Source: an uncultured Acidobacteriota bacterium (GTDB taxonomy: Bacteria > Acidobacteriota > Thermoanaerobaculia > UBA5066 > Gp7-AA6). From it: DNA of 64,000 nucleotides. The DNA is taken from positions 135,856 to 199,855 of the forward strand of contig CAVRXJ010000022.1 of assembly GCA_963725095.1 (NCBI GenBank), written 5' to 3'. The notes beneath the pieces are model-generated. The model did not search any database. It was not told the origin of the DNA and saw only the letters and a program-made list of their open reading frames with translations. The stretch's first letter is position 1. Each line of letters begins with the position of its first letter. Shown one piece after another: positions 32,087 through 46,944 of this stretch. A program made the position numbers and the translations under genes.

Positions 32087-32200
32087 TGTAGTCGTGTTTC
32101 AATCTGCGCCGGCAGAGGACAGCGCCGCTCTGCGTGTGATCGCTGGCTCCGATGTCCGGGCCTGACGGGAGTAGAGTCCTGGAGGGGAGCGAGAGAAGCC

Positions 32201-33052
32201 ATGTCCCTCGAAGGGTCGATGGAAGAACAGGCGGACTCGCGCCTGCTCGAGGCGGCGCGGCGAGGAGATGCGCCGTCGCTCGAGGCCCTGCTCGAGCGAC
32301 ACCAGGCGCAGGTGTACCGCTTCGGGATGAAAATGTGCCGGGATCCGGAGGATGCACGGGACGTCTTGCAGGACACCCTGCTCGCAGTGGCAAAAGGCGT
32401 TCGGGACTTCCGGGGCGCGTCCTCGATCTCGACGTGGCTCTATTCGATCGCCCGAAGCTTCTGCATCAAGAAGAGGCGGCGAAGCAAGTTCGCCCCGCAA
32501 GCGGAGGGCTCTCTCGATGGGGACGCGGCGTCTGAGGCGGCGCGGCTGACGGAGCCAGGCCAGAACCCGGACGAACTTCTCGCCGGCAAAGAGGTCCGGC
32601 ATGCCCTCGAGGAGGCAATCGGCGCGCTCGATCCCATGTACCGCGAGGTTCTGCTGCTGCGGGACGTCGAGGGTCTGTCGGCGTCGGAGGTCGCCGAGGT
32701 GCTCGGCGTGAGCGTGCAGGCGGTGAAGAGCCGGCTGCATCGCGCGCGGCTTTCGGTGCGCGAGTACATTGCGCCGTTGCTCGGAATTGGGCGGCAGCCG
32801 GGAGCCGCGTCGCCCGGAACCTGCCCCGACGTGCTCGACCTCCTTTCGCGGCATCTCGAGGGCGAGATCAGCGCGCAGGTCTGTGTCGAGATGGAGCAGC
32901 ACGTCGAAGCCTGTGCCCGCTGCCGTGGCGCCTGCGAGTCACTCAAGAGCACCCTCGCCCTCTGCCGCACGAGCCCGGCCCTGCCGGTGCCTCGCGCGGT
33001 CCAGGATGCGGTCCGCGTCGCGGTCCGGAACTTCCTGTCCGAGTCGGCCTGA
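32201..33052 (+). CDS. ECF sigma-70 factor fused to a C-terminal ZAS-type zinc-finger (anti-sigma-like, Cys-rich) domain
   Basis: Region 2 (DARDVLQDTLLAVAKGVRDF..STWLYSIARSFCI) and region 4 (EVLLLRDVEGLSASEVAEVLGVSVQAVKSRLHRAR). Then CPDVLDLLSRHLEGEISAQVCVEMEQHVEACARCRGACESL with the H-x3-C-x2-C motif. No TM segment. Confidence 0.85.
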   Translation: MSLEGSMEEQADSRLLEAARRGDAPSLEALLERHQAQVYRFGMKMCRDPEDARDVLQDTLLAVAKGVRDFRGASSISTWLYSIARSFCIKKRRRSKFAPQAEGSLDGDAASEAARLTEPGQNPDELLAGKEVRHALEEAIGALDPMYREVLLLRDVEGLSASEVAEVLGVSVQAVKSRLHRARLSVREYIAPLLGIGRQPGAASPGTCPDVLDLLSRHLEGEISAQVCVEMEQHVEACARCRGACESLKSTLALCRTSPALPVPRAVQDAVRVAVRNFLSESA

Positions 33053-33084
33053 ACCCTTTCCGCCACGGCCGGCTCTCACCAGGC

Positions 33085-33489
33085 ATGGAGGCCAGAAGGG
33101 CGACGGTCCAGGTAACTGAGGAGACTTTCAGCGCGACTGTTCGAGAGGGCATCGTGATCCTCGACTTCTGGGCCGCGTGGTGCGGACCGTGCAGGGCGTT
33201 CGCACCGGTTTTCGACGCCGCCGCGGCCCGGCACCCCGACGTCGTGTTCGGGAAGGTCGACACGGAGGCCGAGCCCGGGCTCGCCGCCGCATTCGATGTG
33301 CGGGCGATCCCGACGCTCATGGTGTTGAGGGAAGGCGTGCTGCTTGCCGCGCAGCCCGGAGCGATGACCGGCGCGGCGCTCGACGAGCTCGTCGAAAAGG
33401 TGCGGGCACTCGACATGGACGAGGTGCGGCGAGGCCTCGACGCCGAGCGGCCGGCCACCGGGGAGGCCACGGAGCCGGAGGGCATCTGA
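33085..33489 (+). CDS. trxA: Thioredoxin
   Basis: Intact 134 aa. Active site FWAAWCGPCR, IPTLMV cis-Pro loop. ~25-aa acidic C-terminal extension. 32 nt downstream of the sigma gene. Confidence 0.9.
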   Translation: MEARRATVQVTEETFSATVREGIVILDFWAAWCGPCRAFAPVFDAAAARHPDVVFGKVDTEAEPGLAAAFDVRAIPTLMVLREGVLLAAQPGAMTGAALDELVEKVRALDMDEVRRGLDAERPATGEATEPEGI

Positions 33490-33917
33490 TGGAAGGCGCC
33501 CACGCGGAGAAGGCGCCTGGACGATTCCCGCCACGGCGGTGTTGAGGCCGGTCGGGCGCTTGTCGCTGCCGGCCGGGGCAAGGTTCGGGTAGCGGCGCAA
33601 GCCCTCGACCATGGGCTGATCGCCCGCGGGTGCCGCTCCGCGTGAGAGCGCAGAAGATTCCGGGCCTTCCTTCCCAGAAAGCCCGAACCCTTTTCGCGCC
33701 GCTGGGCTCGTACCCGATATGGACAACGGGATCGGACTCGTGGCGTTGCTCGCGATCTGGATCGTTCTCCAGGTCTGGGTGCTGCCGAAGCTCGGGGTGC
33801 CCACTTGAACGGCGCCCGCAGCGCGCCGGTCGGCGCGCAGGGAAGGTCAGGGGGACAAGCCCGATCGGGATGCGTTGCCGTGAGTTCCACACGTCCCTCC
33901 GACTCGGCGATGAAGCG

Positions 33918-35207
33918 ATGAAGCTCGTCACGCTTCTCGTTTTCCTTGCGGCGCCGGAATCACTGACGCTGCAGGAAGCCGCATCCCTGGCGGCGGCCGG
34001 GGCCCCTTCCGTGGAGCGCGCCCGGGCCGAATCTGAGCGGGCGCGCGCATCGCAGTCCTCGGCGCACGCGGCGCTGGGCCCGGCTCTCTTCGGAGACTTC
34101 GGCTTCCTGTCCTCGAACAATCCCGTCACGGCCTTCTCCCTCGCGCTCGAGCAGCAGCGCTTCTCGGCGGAGGAGTTCTTCCGGTCGAATCCGAACGATC
34201 CGCCGTTCACGAAGGACTGGAGCGCGGGCGTGGCCGCCGCCTGGGAGATCGATCTCTTCGGCTCGGCGCGCGCCGCGGCCCGCGCGGCGGACAGCGCCGC
34301 CGAGGCGGCAGAGCGCGCGGCGCGGCGGACCGGGGACGGCGCGGCACTGCAGGCGATCGCGGCGTTCGTCGAAACGCGGCGGGCCGAGGAGACCCTGGCG
34401 ATCGTGGGAGAGCGGGAGGCTGATGCGCGCAAGGACGAGGCCCTGGCGCGCTCGCTCTTCGAGCAGGGCCTCACGACCTCCGCGGATTCCGCGCGGGCTC
34501 TTGCCGTCGTGGCCGAGGTCCGTGCCGAGGCAGCCGGCTTTCGCGCCGCGGCCGCGGTGTCCCGCGCGGCCCTGGCCACCCTGATCGGTGAGCAGGCCGC
34601 GGCGAGACCGCTGGCGCCGCTGCCGGCGCCTGCCGCCGCACCCGAGACTCCCGGGTCTCCGCGCGACGACGTCGCCGCGGCCGAGTTTGCCGCCGAGGCG
34701 GCGCACCAGGCCGCGCGGTCGGCGGACGCATCCCGGTGGCCGTCCCTCGTGGTGACGGGCCGTTACGAGCTGCACGCCCCGACTCCGGGCGGCCGGTACG
34801 GCGAATCGGGCACCGTGTTCGGGGGATTCCGAGTTCCGATCTTCGCTTCGGGCGCCGTCGCGGCGCGCGTGGCCGAGGCGCGGGCGCAGGCTCGGGCCGC
34901 GGAGGCGACGCTCTCGGAACGACGCCGGACGGCGCAGAGCGAAGTCGTCTCGGCCCGGGTCCGGGCCGAGGCCGCGACGGCGCGGCTGGCCGCCTTCGAG
35001 GAAGCGGAGTCGGCTGCCCGGCGCGCGCGCGAAATCCAGCAGGCGCGATACGAGGAAGGCGCCGCGAGCCTCTCGGATCTGCTCGAGACGCGCGCGGCGG
35101 AGCTTCGCGCGCGCCAGGGCGCAGTGGGAGCGGCGGCCGACCGGGTACTCGCGGAGGCGAACCTGCGCATGGCACTGGGGTTGCCGCCCATCGAGGAGAA
35201 CCCATGA
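33918..35207 (+). CDS. TolC-family outer membrane efflux protein
   Basis: ATG 33918 inside ORF 33630..35207. Short signal MKLVTLLVFLAAP. Two OEP-type helical repeats (LTLQEAASLA..., ...ARYEEGAASLSDLLETRAAEL..A...LAEANLRMALG). Confidence 0.8.
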   Translation: MKLVTLLVFLAAPESLTLQEAASLAAAGAPSVERARAESERARASQSSAHAALGPALFGDFGFLSSNNPVTAFSLALEQQRFSAEEFFRSNPNDPPFTKDWSAGVAAAWEIDLFGSARAAARAADSAAEAAERAARRTGDGAALQAIAAFVETRRAEETLAIVGEREADARKDEALARSLFEQGLTTSADSARALAVVAEVRAEAAGFRAAAAVSRAALATLIGEQAAARPLAPLPAPAAAPETPGSPRDDVAAAEFAAEAAHQAARSADASRWPSLVVTGRYELHAPTPGGRYGESGTVFGGFRVPIFASGAVAARVAEARAQARAAEATLSERRRTAQSEVVSARVRAEAATARLAAFEEAESAARRAREIQQARYEEGAASLSDLLETRAAELRARQGAVGAAADRVLAEANLRMALGLPPIEENP

Positions 35208-36247
35208 AACGGACGATTCTGGCGGCGCTCGGGGCCCTGCTCGCAGCCGGCTGCGCGCGACACCCTCCGGCGAACAAGCCCGAGGTGATTCGGACGCTGG
35301 CGACGGCCGTCGTCGAGCGGCGCGAACTGCCGGATCGCATCGAGATCGACGGCACGGTGATCGGCCGGCAGGAAGCGGTTCTTTCGAGCCGGCTCGCGTC
35401 GACGGTCGTGGAGGTCGCGGCAGTTCCCGGGCGGACCGTGCGGGCGGGAACCGTGCTGGTTCGGCTCGATCAGCGGGAGGCCGACGGGGCGCTCGAGAGC
35501 GCGCGCGCGGCTCTGCAAACCTCCGGTTCCGCGCTCGAGCTGGCCCGCCGCAACCGCACGCGCTACGAAAAGCTCGAAAGGCGCGGAGCCGCGGCGATCG
35601 TCGAGCTCGAGAGAGCGCGCCAGGACGAAGCGGCGGCGACGTCCGCGGTGGCTTCGGCGGAGGCGTCGGTGCGCCGCGCCGAGACGGACCGCGGTCAGGC
35701 GGTCCTGGTGGCCCCGTTCGACGCCATCGTGGTGGAGAAGATGGTCTCTCCGGGCGATCTGGCGGCGCCGGGACGCCCCCTGGTTCGCGTGGCGTCGGTC
35801 TCGGGGCGTCGCATCGAGGCCGCTCCCGGCGAGGAACAAGTGGCCTTGCTCAGGGAAGGGGACCCCGTGGAAGTGATCGTGGGCGGCCAGCGCCGGCTCG
35901 GCCAGGTGGCCGAGATCGTCGGCGCCGTCGATTCCGCCACACGCCGACGGACCGTGCGGGTGGACCTGCCGGCCGGCGAGAATCCACCCGTCGGCTCCTT
36001 CGCGCGGCTTCTGCTGCCGGGCCCCGCGCAACCGCGGCTGATCGTGCCGACGCGGGCCGTGAGGGAGCGCGGAGGGCTCGAGCTCGTCTGGGCGGTGACG
36101 CCCGAAGGTCTCGCAGACCTTCGCTACGTTCGCACGGGCGCCTCTCCACGAGGGCGGCCTCGTCGAAGTGCGCTCCGGGCTCGCCGCGGGCGAGCGCGTG
36201 GTCCTCGACCCGCCCTCCGACCTCGAAGCCGGCACGCGGGTCCGGTC

Positions 36248-36251
<4 letters not shown>
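35204..36251 (+). CDS. RND efflux periplasmic adaptor (MFP/HlyD family) lipoprotein, one frameshift near 36140
   Basis: ATGA overlap with the TolC stop. Lipobox LLAAGC. Coiled-coil plus barrel strings (VLVAPFDAIVVEKMVSPGDL, GSFARLLLPG). The end VEVRSGLAAGERVVLDPPSDLEAGTRVRS is in the +1 frame. Confidence 0.85.
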
Positions 36252-39521
<3,270 letters not shown>

Positions 39522-39731
39522 ATGAAACGCTCGTTGAACGATTGGTTGCGCGGGATCGCCGGGACGTTCGTCCTGTTGTCGCTCGCGCTGGGGTGGTTCG
39601 TCCACCCGGCGTTCTTCCTCTTCACCGCATTCGTCGGCGCCAATCTGCTGCAGTCGGCCTTCACGGGCACGTGCCCGATGATGGCGATCCTGCGCCGGGT
39701 GGGCGTTCCGGAGAGCGTGGCGCGTCCGTGA
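39522..39731 (+). CDS. DUF2892 (YgaP-like two-TM) small membrane protein
   Basis: ATG 39522 with AAGGAG 7 nt upstream. [57 protein letters not shown] matches the DUF2892 pattern (R...G...L......F.G..L..S...G.CP). Confidence 0.7.
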   Translation: MKRSLNDWLRGIAGTFVLLSLALGWFVHPAFFLFTAFVGANLLQSAFTGTCPMMAILRRVGVPESVARP

Positions 39732-40009
39732 AGCTCCTGGTGATGGTCGTGCCGCGCGAGGCGCGAGACGAGGCGGAGGCGGCGCTGCAGGCGGCCGGAG
39801 CGGTCGGCTTCACGGAGATCCCGACGGTCTACGGCGAGGGAGGCACAGGCCTTCGCTTCGGATCGCGCAGCGCACCGGGCGTCTCGGACCTGATCTTCGT
39901 CGCCGTAGAGGACGGCCGGCTCGGTCCGCTTCGGGAAGCCCTTTCGGCCGCCGGGACGCGGCTTGGCCGCAGACTGCATGCCTTCCTCGTCCCGGCCGAG
40001 GAGCTCTGA
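39728..40009 (+). CDS. Small P-II-like/DUF3240-like protein (tentative)
   Basis: The GTG overlaps the upstream TGA (GTGA). 93 aa [39 protein letters not shown]...[12 protein letters not shown] has a beta-alpha-beta-like pattern of P-II-type proteins. Weak assignment. Confidence 0.45.
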   Translation: MKLLVMVVPREARDEAEAALQAAGAVGFTEIPTVYGEGGTGLRFGSRSAPGVSDLIFVAVEDGRLGPLREALSAAGTRLGRRLHAFLVPAEEL

Positions 40010-40049
40010 AGGCGTTTCGTCGATCCCGAGAGGCCCGGGAAGCCGCCGG

Positions 40050-41228
40050 CTATCCCCAGCGGGGCGGATCGTCGGGATTGATTCCGAGCGCGATCTTCGC
40101 GACGAGCTCGTGCGTCAGCGCCGCGTTGGCGGGATGGAAGCGCCCGGCCCGCGCGTCGCGGAAGAGCCGCTCGAGCTCGGACTTCTTGAACATCCCGAAG
40201 CCGCCGGAAAGGTCGAGCGCGGTGTCGACGACCCTCCAGGCGCCTTCGACCGCGCGGTACTTGGCCGTGACGATCTTCGCGGGCCAGGCTCCACCGTGGT
40301 CGACGCCGTCGGACCAGTCCGTGGCGACTTTCTCGATGAGCGCCTCGATCGCATCGAGCTCCATGGCCATGTCGGCGACGCCCCACTGCATCGCCGGGTG
40401 GTGCGCCATCGAGCTGGAAACGGCCAGGGACTTTCGCTTCTTCAGCGAATCGACGGTGAGGTCGAAGGCGCGCCGCGCGAGCCCGTAGTAGACGTTGGCA
40501 AAACCGAGCAAGGCCCAGGCGAAGACGGAGAGCACGAAGATGTCCACGCCGGCCGCCCCCGGGGGGACGATCCTTGCGATCTTCGCGTCCGGGATGAAGG
40601 CGCCCTCCAGGATCGTGTCGTCGCTCTGGGTCGCCCGCATTCCGAGCACGTCCCACGTCGGCTCGATCCGGTATCCCTTCGCGTCGCGGGCGAGAAAACC
40701 GTGGACGATCCGAGGGGCCTTCGGGTCGCTCGCGTCGAGGCCGTGGAGGCCGAGGAAGTCCCACACCGGCGAGAGGCTGCCGAAGGACTTCCGGCCGGTG
40801 AAGCGGTAGCCCCCCTCGGCCTTCTCGGCGCGCGTCGTCGAGAGGAGCACGGGCAGGTCGTGACCCGTCTCGGCGTGTCCCGCGGCGAAGATCTTGCCCC
40901 GACCCGCCTCCTCGAGGATCCAGTCGCAGGAGGGGTCGCCCTTCCCCCGCACCTCCCGGGCGACCCCGCACCAATAGACGTGCATGTTGACGGCGAGCGC
41001 GGTCGCCGGGGCATGGTAGGCGAGGCGCCGAGCTTCCCGACAGTACTGCGCGAGCGTGAAACCGAGGCCCCCGAGCTCGCGCGGAACCACCATCTTCAGG
41101 TACAGGGTCTTCCGAAGGTCCTCGAAGTCCTCGGTGAAAAAGCGGTTCTCCCGATCGTAGACGGGCGCCCGCTCGTGGAAACGGAGGAGGAGCTCGTCGG
41201 ACAGGATCGGGACGGGCGGGTTTGCCAA
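40050..41228 (-). CDS. Acyl-CoA dehydrogenase family protein
   Basis: Intact 392 aa. TTG start with GGAGG 6 nt upstream. ACAD-fold strings ([55 protein letters not shown]). Confidence 0.9.
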   Translation of the reverse strand: MANPPVPILSDELLLRFHERAPVYDRENRFFTEDFEDLRKTLYLKMVVPRELGGLGFTLAQYCREARRLAYHAPATALAVNMHVYWCGVAREVRGKGDPSCDWILEEAGRGKIFAAGHAETGHDLPVLLSTTRAEKAEGGYRFTGRKSFGSLSPVWDFLGLHGLDASDPKAPRIVHGFLARDAKGYRIEPTWDVLGMRATQSDDTILEGAFIPDAKIARIVPPGAAGVDIFVLSVFAWALLGFANVYYGLARRAFDLTVDSLKKRKSLAVSSSMAHHPAMQWGVADMAMELDAIEALIEKVATDWSDGVDHGGAWPAKIVTAKYRAVEGAWRVVDTALDLSGGFGMFKKSELERLFRDARAGRFHPANAALTHELVAKIALGINPDDPPRWG

Positions 41229-41329
41229 GGCCGGCCTCCCTCTCGCGAGCGAGACATCCCCGCCCGCCGCGTCGGGCCCTTTCGGAACGTTTGAATCAAC
41301 CGGCCCGAACGGGCCATAGTCTATGTTGG

Positions 41330-42544
41330 ATGAAAGTCCCGGTCTACATGGACACGCAGGCGACGACGCCGGTCGATCCGCGCGTGCTCGAGGCGATGCT
41401 GCCGTACTTCACCGAGATCTTCGGCAACGCCGCCTCGCGCAGCCACGTCTTCGGCTGGGAGGCGGAGGCCGCGGTCGAGGAGGCGCGCCACCAGATTGCC
41501 TCGGCGCTCAACGCGCAGGACAAGGAAGTCGTCTTCACGAGCGGTGCGACGGAGTCGGACAACCTCGCGATTCTCGGCGTCGCCCGGATGTACGGGCAGA
41601 AGGGGCGGCACATCGTGACCGCGGCGACCGAGCACCACGCGGTCCTCGACGCCTGCCTGGCCCTCGAGCGCGAGGGATTCGCGGTCACTCGGCTCGCCCC
41701 GGACCCGACGGGCCGCATCGCGCCCGAGCAGGTGCGCGAAGCGCTGACCGACGGCACGATCCTCGTTTCGATCATGCTGGCCAACAACGAGATCGGAACG
41801 ATCCAGCCGCTCGAGGAGATCGGCGCCGCATGCCGCGAGCGGGAGGTGCTCTTCCACACCGACGCCGTGCAGGGCTTTTGCAAGATTCCCTTCGACGTCG
41901 AGGCGATGCGCGTCGATCTCGCCTCGGTCACGGCGCACAAGCTGTACGGGCCCAAAGGGGTCGGCGCGCTCTACGTGCGCGGCAAGGGCCCGCGCGTGCG
42001 CCTCTCCCCGCTCTTTCACGGAGGCGGACACGAACGGGGTCTGCGCTCGGGGACGCTCAACGTGCCGGGCATCGTGGGCTTTGGCGAGGCGGTGCGGATC
42101 GCCGTCGAGGAGCGGGACACCGAGGCGCGGCGCCTGCGGTTGCTGCGCGCGCGGCTGGACGCGGGAATCCGCGCGCGGGTGGACGGCGTCTCCCTGAACG
42201 GCGCCCCGTTGCCGTCGATCGACGGCAACGGCGAGCTCTTGCCTGGTGAAGTCGAGCGGCGCCTGCCGGGCAACCTCAACCTCTCCTTCGCGGGGGTCGA
42301 GGGTGAGGCGCTGCTGATGGGCTTGAAGGACCTGGCGGTGTCTTCCGGCTCGGCGTGCACCTCGGCCTCGATCGAGCCCTCTCACGTGCTCCGCGCGATC
42401 GGCGTTCCCGATGCGTTGGCCCATGCCTCGATCCGATTCGGGCTCGGGCGATTCTCCACCGAAGAGGAAGTCGATTTCGCGGCGGGCGCGGTCGAAAAAG
42501 CCGTGCGCCGCCTGCGCGAAATGACGCCGATCCCGCGCGGCTGA
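41330..42544 (+). CDS. iscS: Cysteine desulfurase IscS
   Basis: Intact 404 aa. [33 protein letters not shown]-lysine region [17 protein letters not shown], active-site loop [36 protein letters not shown]. Confidence 0.95.
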   Translation: MKVPVYMDTQATTPVDPRVLEAMLPYFTEIFGNAASRSHVFGWEAEAAVEEARHQIASALNAQDKEVVFTSGATESDNLAILGVARMYGQKGRHIVTAATEHHAVLDACLALEREGFAVTRLAPDPTGRIAPEQVREALTDGTILVSIMLANNEIGTIQPLEEIGAACREREVLFHTDAVQGFCKIPFDVEAMRVDLASVTAHKLYGPKGVGALYVRGKGPRVRLSPLFHGGGHERGLRSGTLNVPGIVGFGEAVRIAVEERDTEARRLRLLRARLDAGIRARVDGVSLNGAPLPSIDGNGELLPGEVERRLPGNLNLSFAGVEGEALLMGLKDLAVSSGSACTSASIEPSHVLRAIGVPDALAHASIRFGLGRFSTEEEVDFAAGAVEKAVRRLREMTPIPRG

Positions 42545-42566
42545 GCCGACGGCGGAGCGAGAACCC

Positions 42567-45500
42567 GTGCTCGAGGATCTGATCCGGGGCCTCCCTTTCC
42601 ACGGCGAGCTTCTGGAGAGGCTTCGCCGCGGCGCGTCCCGAACGGTCGTTTCGGGCGGCGTCGGCGCCCTTCCGGGACTGCTCCTGGCGGCGCTCGCCGC
42701 CGATCTCGGACGCCGCCTGGCCGTCGTCGTCGCGGACGAGAAAGAGGCCGAGCGCCTGGCCCAGGATCTGGCGGCCGGCGGAGCCTCCGGGGTCTTCCGC
42801 GCGCCGGGGCCCACGCTCACGCCCTACCAGCGCATCCCGCCCTCGCTCAAGGCCCGTCGCGACGAGTTCCGGTTGCTCGCCGCCCTCGGCAGCGGCTCCG
42901 GCGTGTCCGCCGTGGTGCTGCCGGCGCACGGCCTCTTCACCCGGCTGCCCGCTGCCCGCGGCGCTGGCCCTCCTCTCCGTCGATCTGGCGGAAGGCGAGG
43001 ACGTCTCGCTGCCGCGCCTGACGGCCCGGCTGACGGAGATCGGCTACCGGCGGGGGGACCTCGTCATCGAGACCGGAGACCTCGCCGTGCGCGGCGGCCT
43101 CTTCGACGTCTTTCCTCCGGACCGCGAGCTTCCGCTGCGGGTGGAGCTCGAGGGGGACCGCGTCGTTTCGATCCGCGTCTTCGATCCCGACACGCAGCGC
43201 TCGAGCGACCGCCTCGCGGCGGCCAGGATCCCGTCCTTTGCGGCCGCGCGGGAGTCGTCGGAGGAACGCGACCTGCTCGCCGCGCGCATCGGCCGGCTCC
43301 CGTCGGAAGCCGAGCGCCTCGTCTTCGCGCCGGCCGTGACGGCCATGCCGGCCGGCTGGCTCGACCACGCGGGCGACGCCCTGCTGGCCGTGATCGAGCC
43401 CGCGCGCGTCGAGGAAGAAGTCGCCGCCTTCGCCGAGCGCATCGCCGCCGACCGCGATCCGGACCGCGATGCGTTCGCCCCGGAGGAGCTGCTCCACCCG
43501 ACCGCGCGGATCCGGGAGACGCTCGCCGCGGCCCCGCTCGCCTTCGATCGCCTGGGCCTCTCGGAGGGCGATGCCCTGCGGCTGCCGGCCGAGGCCATCG
43601 CCGGGCACGGCGGCCGCACGGCGGAGGCGGCGCAGGAGATCTCCGCGCGCGCTCTCGGGCGGCGAGGAGGTGTTCCTCGCGGCCCGCGCGACCGGAGGGG
43701 CCGAGAAGGCCCGCCGCTTCGCCCGCGAGTACGAGATCGCGGTCTCCTCCGACCGGGAGCCGGGAGCGCTCGTCGTGCTCCCGGCCGAGATCTCGGCGGG
43801 TTTCCGCCTCCGCGCCCCGCGGCTCGCGCTCTACGCGGAGAGCGAGATCTTCGGCGAGGAGAAGCCGTCCGCGACGCCCCGCGGGCGCCTCTCGGAAGCC
43901 TTCCTGTCGGACCTGCGCGACCTGAAACTGGGCGACGCCGTCGTGCACCGCGACTACGGCATCGGACTCTTCAAGGGCTTGAAGCGCGTGCCGGTCGAGG
44001 GCCAGGAGCGCGAGTTCATGGAGATCGGCTATGCCGAGGAGAAGACGCTGCTCCTGCCCGTGGACCGGTTCGACCTGGTGCAGAAGTACTCGGGGCTCGA
44101 GGACGCGCCGCCGGTGCTCGACCGCCTGGGCGGCGCCGGCTGGGGACGGCGCAAGGCCTCGGTCAAGCGCGCCATGCGCGACATGACCGACCAGCTCCTG
44201 AAGCTCTACGCCCGGCGCCGCGTCGCGCCCGGCTTCACCTTCTCGAAGGACTCTCCCTGGCAGAAGGAGTTCGAGGACGCCTTCGAGTACACCGAGACGC
44301 CGGACCAGGCGCAGGCCATCGCCGACGTGAAGCGCGACATGCAATCCGACCGGCCGATGGACCGGCTCCTCTGCGGCGATGTCGGCTACGGGAAAACGGA
44401 GGTCGCCATGCGCGCGGCCTTCAAGGCCGTGCTCGACGGCAAGCAGGTGGCCCTCCTCGCGCCGACGACGGTGCTCGCGGACCAGCACTTCCGGACGTTC
44501 CTGCGGCGGTTCGCGGCCTTTCCCGTCACGATCGAGCTGCTCTCGCGGTTTCGCTCGCGCGCGGAGCAGAAGGAGATCGTGGCGCAGGGTGGCCGACGGC
44601 GCGGTCGACATCCTCATCGCGACGCACCGGATGCTCGGCAAGGACCTGGCCTTTCGCGATCTCGGCCTGCTGATCGTGGACGAAGAGCAGCGCTTCGGCG
44701 TCGCGCAGAAGGAGAAGCTCAAGGAGTGGCGCACCTCGATCGACGTCCTCGCGATGTCGGCGACGCCGATCCCGCGTTCGCTGCACCTCTCCCTTTCCGG
44801 CCTGCGGGATCTCTCGATCATCGAGACGCCCCCGCGCGACCGGCTGGCGATCGAGACCCAGGTCGTCGCCGCCAAGCCCGCGGTCATCCGGGAGGCCATC
44901 GAGGCGGAGATCGCGCGCGGCGGGCAGGTCTTCTTCGTGCACAACCGCGTGGAGTCGATCGGCCGCGTCAAGGACATGCTCGAGAAGCTCGTCCCCTCGG
45001 TGCGGATCGCCGTGGCGCACGGCGCGATGCGGGAGGCGGAGCTCGAGAAGGGCGATGCGGCGCTTCCTGACGCGGGAAGCGGACCTCCTGCTCGCGACGA
45101 CCATCATCGAGAACGGCCTCGACATCCCGTCGGCCAACACCATCCTGATCGACCGCGCCGAGACGTACGGCCTCGCGCAGCTCTACCAGCTCCGCGGCCG
45201 CGTCGGGCGCAGCGACCGGCCCGCGTACGCGTACCTCCTCGTGGATGAGACGGCCGCCCTTTCGGACGTGGCGCGGCGCCGCCTCGCCTCGATCCAGGAG
45301 TTCTGCGATCTCGGCGCCGGGTTCCGGATCGCGGCCAAGGACCTGGAAATCCGCGGGTCGGGCAACATCCTCGGCGGCGAGCAGTCGGGGCAGATCGCGT
45401 CGGTCGGTTTCGAGACCTACCTGCAGCTGCTCGAGGAGACGATCCGCGAGATCCGCGGCGAGGAGCGCGAGCCCGAGCGCCTCGTCACGCTCTCGCTCGG

Positions 45501-45918
45501 CCTCGACCTGACCATTCCGTCGGGGTACGTCGCCGACGAGAACTGGCGCATGATGATCTACAAGAAGATCGCGAGGGCGCGCGACGAGAAGGCGCTCACC
45601 GACACCCTCTCCGAGATCGCCGACCGCTTCGGGGAGCCGCCCCCGGCCGTGGCGCGCCTGGCGGACTACGCGCGCATCCGGATGCGGGCCGAGCAGCTGG
45701 GCGTCCATTCGGTGACGTCGCAGGCCGGGCGCGTGCACCTGCGCTTGACCGAGGGCGCCGCGATCGACCCCGAGAGCCTGCTCGAGCTCGTGCGCGCGAC
45801 GCCGGGCGCCGCGCTCACCCCCGGAGGCGTCCTGACGCTTCCCGCCCCGCCGGGCGGGGAGCTTCCGGGCGCGGTCCTCTCGTGGCTGGCGCGGCTCGGG
45901 CGGCGGGCCGCGGCCTGA
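42567..45918 (+). CDS. mfd: Transcription-repair coupling factor Mfd, four +1 frameshifts (near 42950, 43650, 44590, 45050)
   Basis: Collinear pieces in ORFs 42567, 43087, 43469, 44379 and 45055. GDLAVRGGLFDVFPP, CarD-like LKLGDAVVHRDYGIG, helicase motifs LLCGDVGYGKTEVAMRAAF, LLIVDEEQRFGV, SATPIPRSL, QLRGRVGRS, and the TRG region. Confidence 0.95.
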
Positions 45919-45967
45919 AGGATCCTTCGGAATTCCGAGGTCCGCGTTCGTGTTATGTAATCCCGTC

Positions 45968-46941
45968 ATGCGAAAGCCCGCCCTGACGCTGGCATTCGCT
46001 CCTCTGGGCCGCCGCCGGCTCCGGGGCCGAGCTGATCGAGACCCTCGTCGCGCGGGTCAACGACCAGCCGATCACCCACAGCGAGTTCGAGCTGCGGTGC
46101 ACGATGGAGCTGCGCGGCAACGTCGACCTCGCCGGCCGGCGCCGGGTGCTCGACGAGCTGATCCAGGAGAAGCTGCTCGAGGAGCGCGCCAAGCAGCTCG
46201 ACGTCGCAGGCCACGGACGCCGAGGTCGAAGAGGCCGTCGAGCGCGTGAAGCGGCAGTACAACCTCGCCACGGACGCCGAGTTCGACGCCGCCCTCGCCC
46301 AGTCGAAGATGACCCGCGACGACCTGAAGAAGCAGCTGCGCCAGACGATCACGATGCAGAAGGTCGTCGGCCGCGAGGTCAGCGGCAAGCTGCAGATGAA
46401 CGACGACGTCCTGCGACTCGAGTACGAGCGCCGCAAGGACGAGCTCTACAAGACTCCCGAGCACGCGCACGTCTCGGAGATCGTGCTGCGGTTCTCGCCC
46501 GACGACGCCGAGGCGCGCCAGGCGGCGGTCGCCAAGATCGAGGAGGCTCGGGCCAAGATCAAGGCCGGAACGCCCTTCGCGAAGGTCGCCGAGGAGATTT
46601 CCGAGGGCAACGCCCGCAGCCGCGGCGGCGATCTCGGGACGGTCGCCCGGGGAGAGCTCCTGCCGGCCCTCGACGCCGCGGTTTTCGCCGATCCTCCGCA
46701 GGAGTACCCGGCCCCGACCCTCCTGCCGGGCTCGGTCCACCTGTTCCGGGTGGAGGACCTCACGCCGGCCGGCTACAAGCCCTTCGCGGAAGTGCGCTCC
46801 GACCTGCAGAAGCGCATGAGCGAGAACATCTACGACAAGCACTTCAACGACTTCATCCAGAAGCTGCGCCACGAGGCCTTCATCAAGATCTACGATCCGG
46901 CGCTCGCGCAGGCCGAGGAAGCGGAGAAGAAGGCGTCGTAA
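45968..46941 (+). CDS. SurA-like parvulin-type peptidyl-prolyl isomerase, two frameshifts (near 46005 and 46210)
   Basis: Signal MRKPALTLAFA.., SurA-N-like ELIETLVARVNDQPITHSEFE...LDELIQEKLLEERAKQL, then the parvulin domain HVSEIVL...GTPFAKVAEEISEG..RSRGGDLG...GSVHLFRVED. Confidence 0.8.
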
Positions 46942-46944
46942 CCG

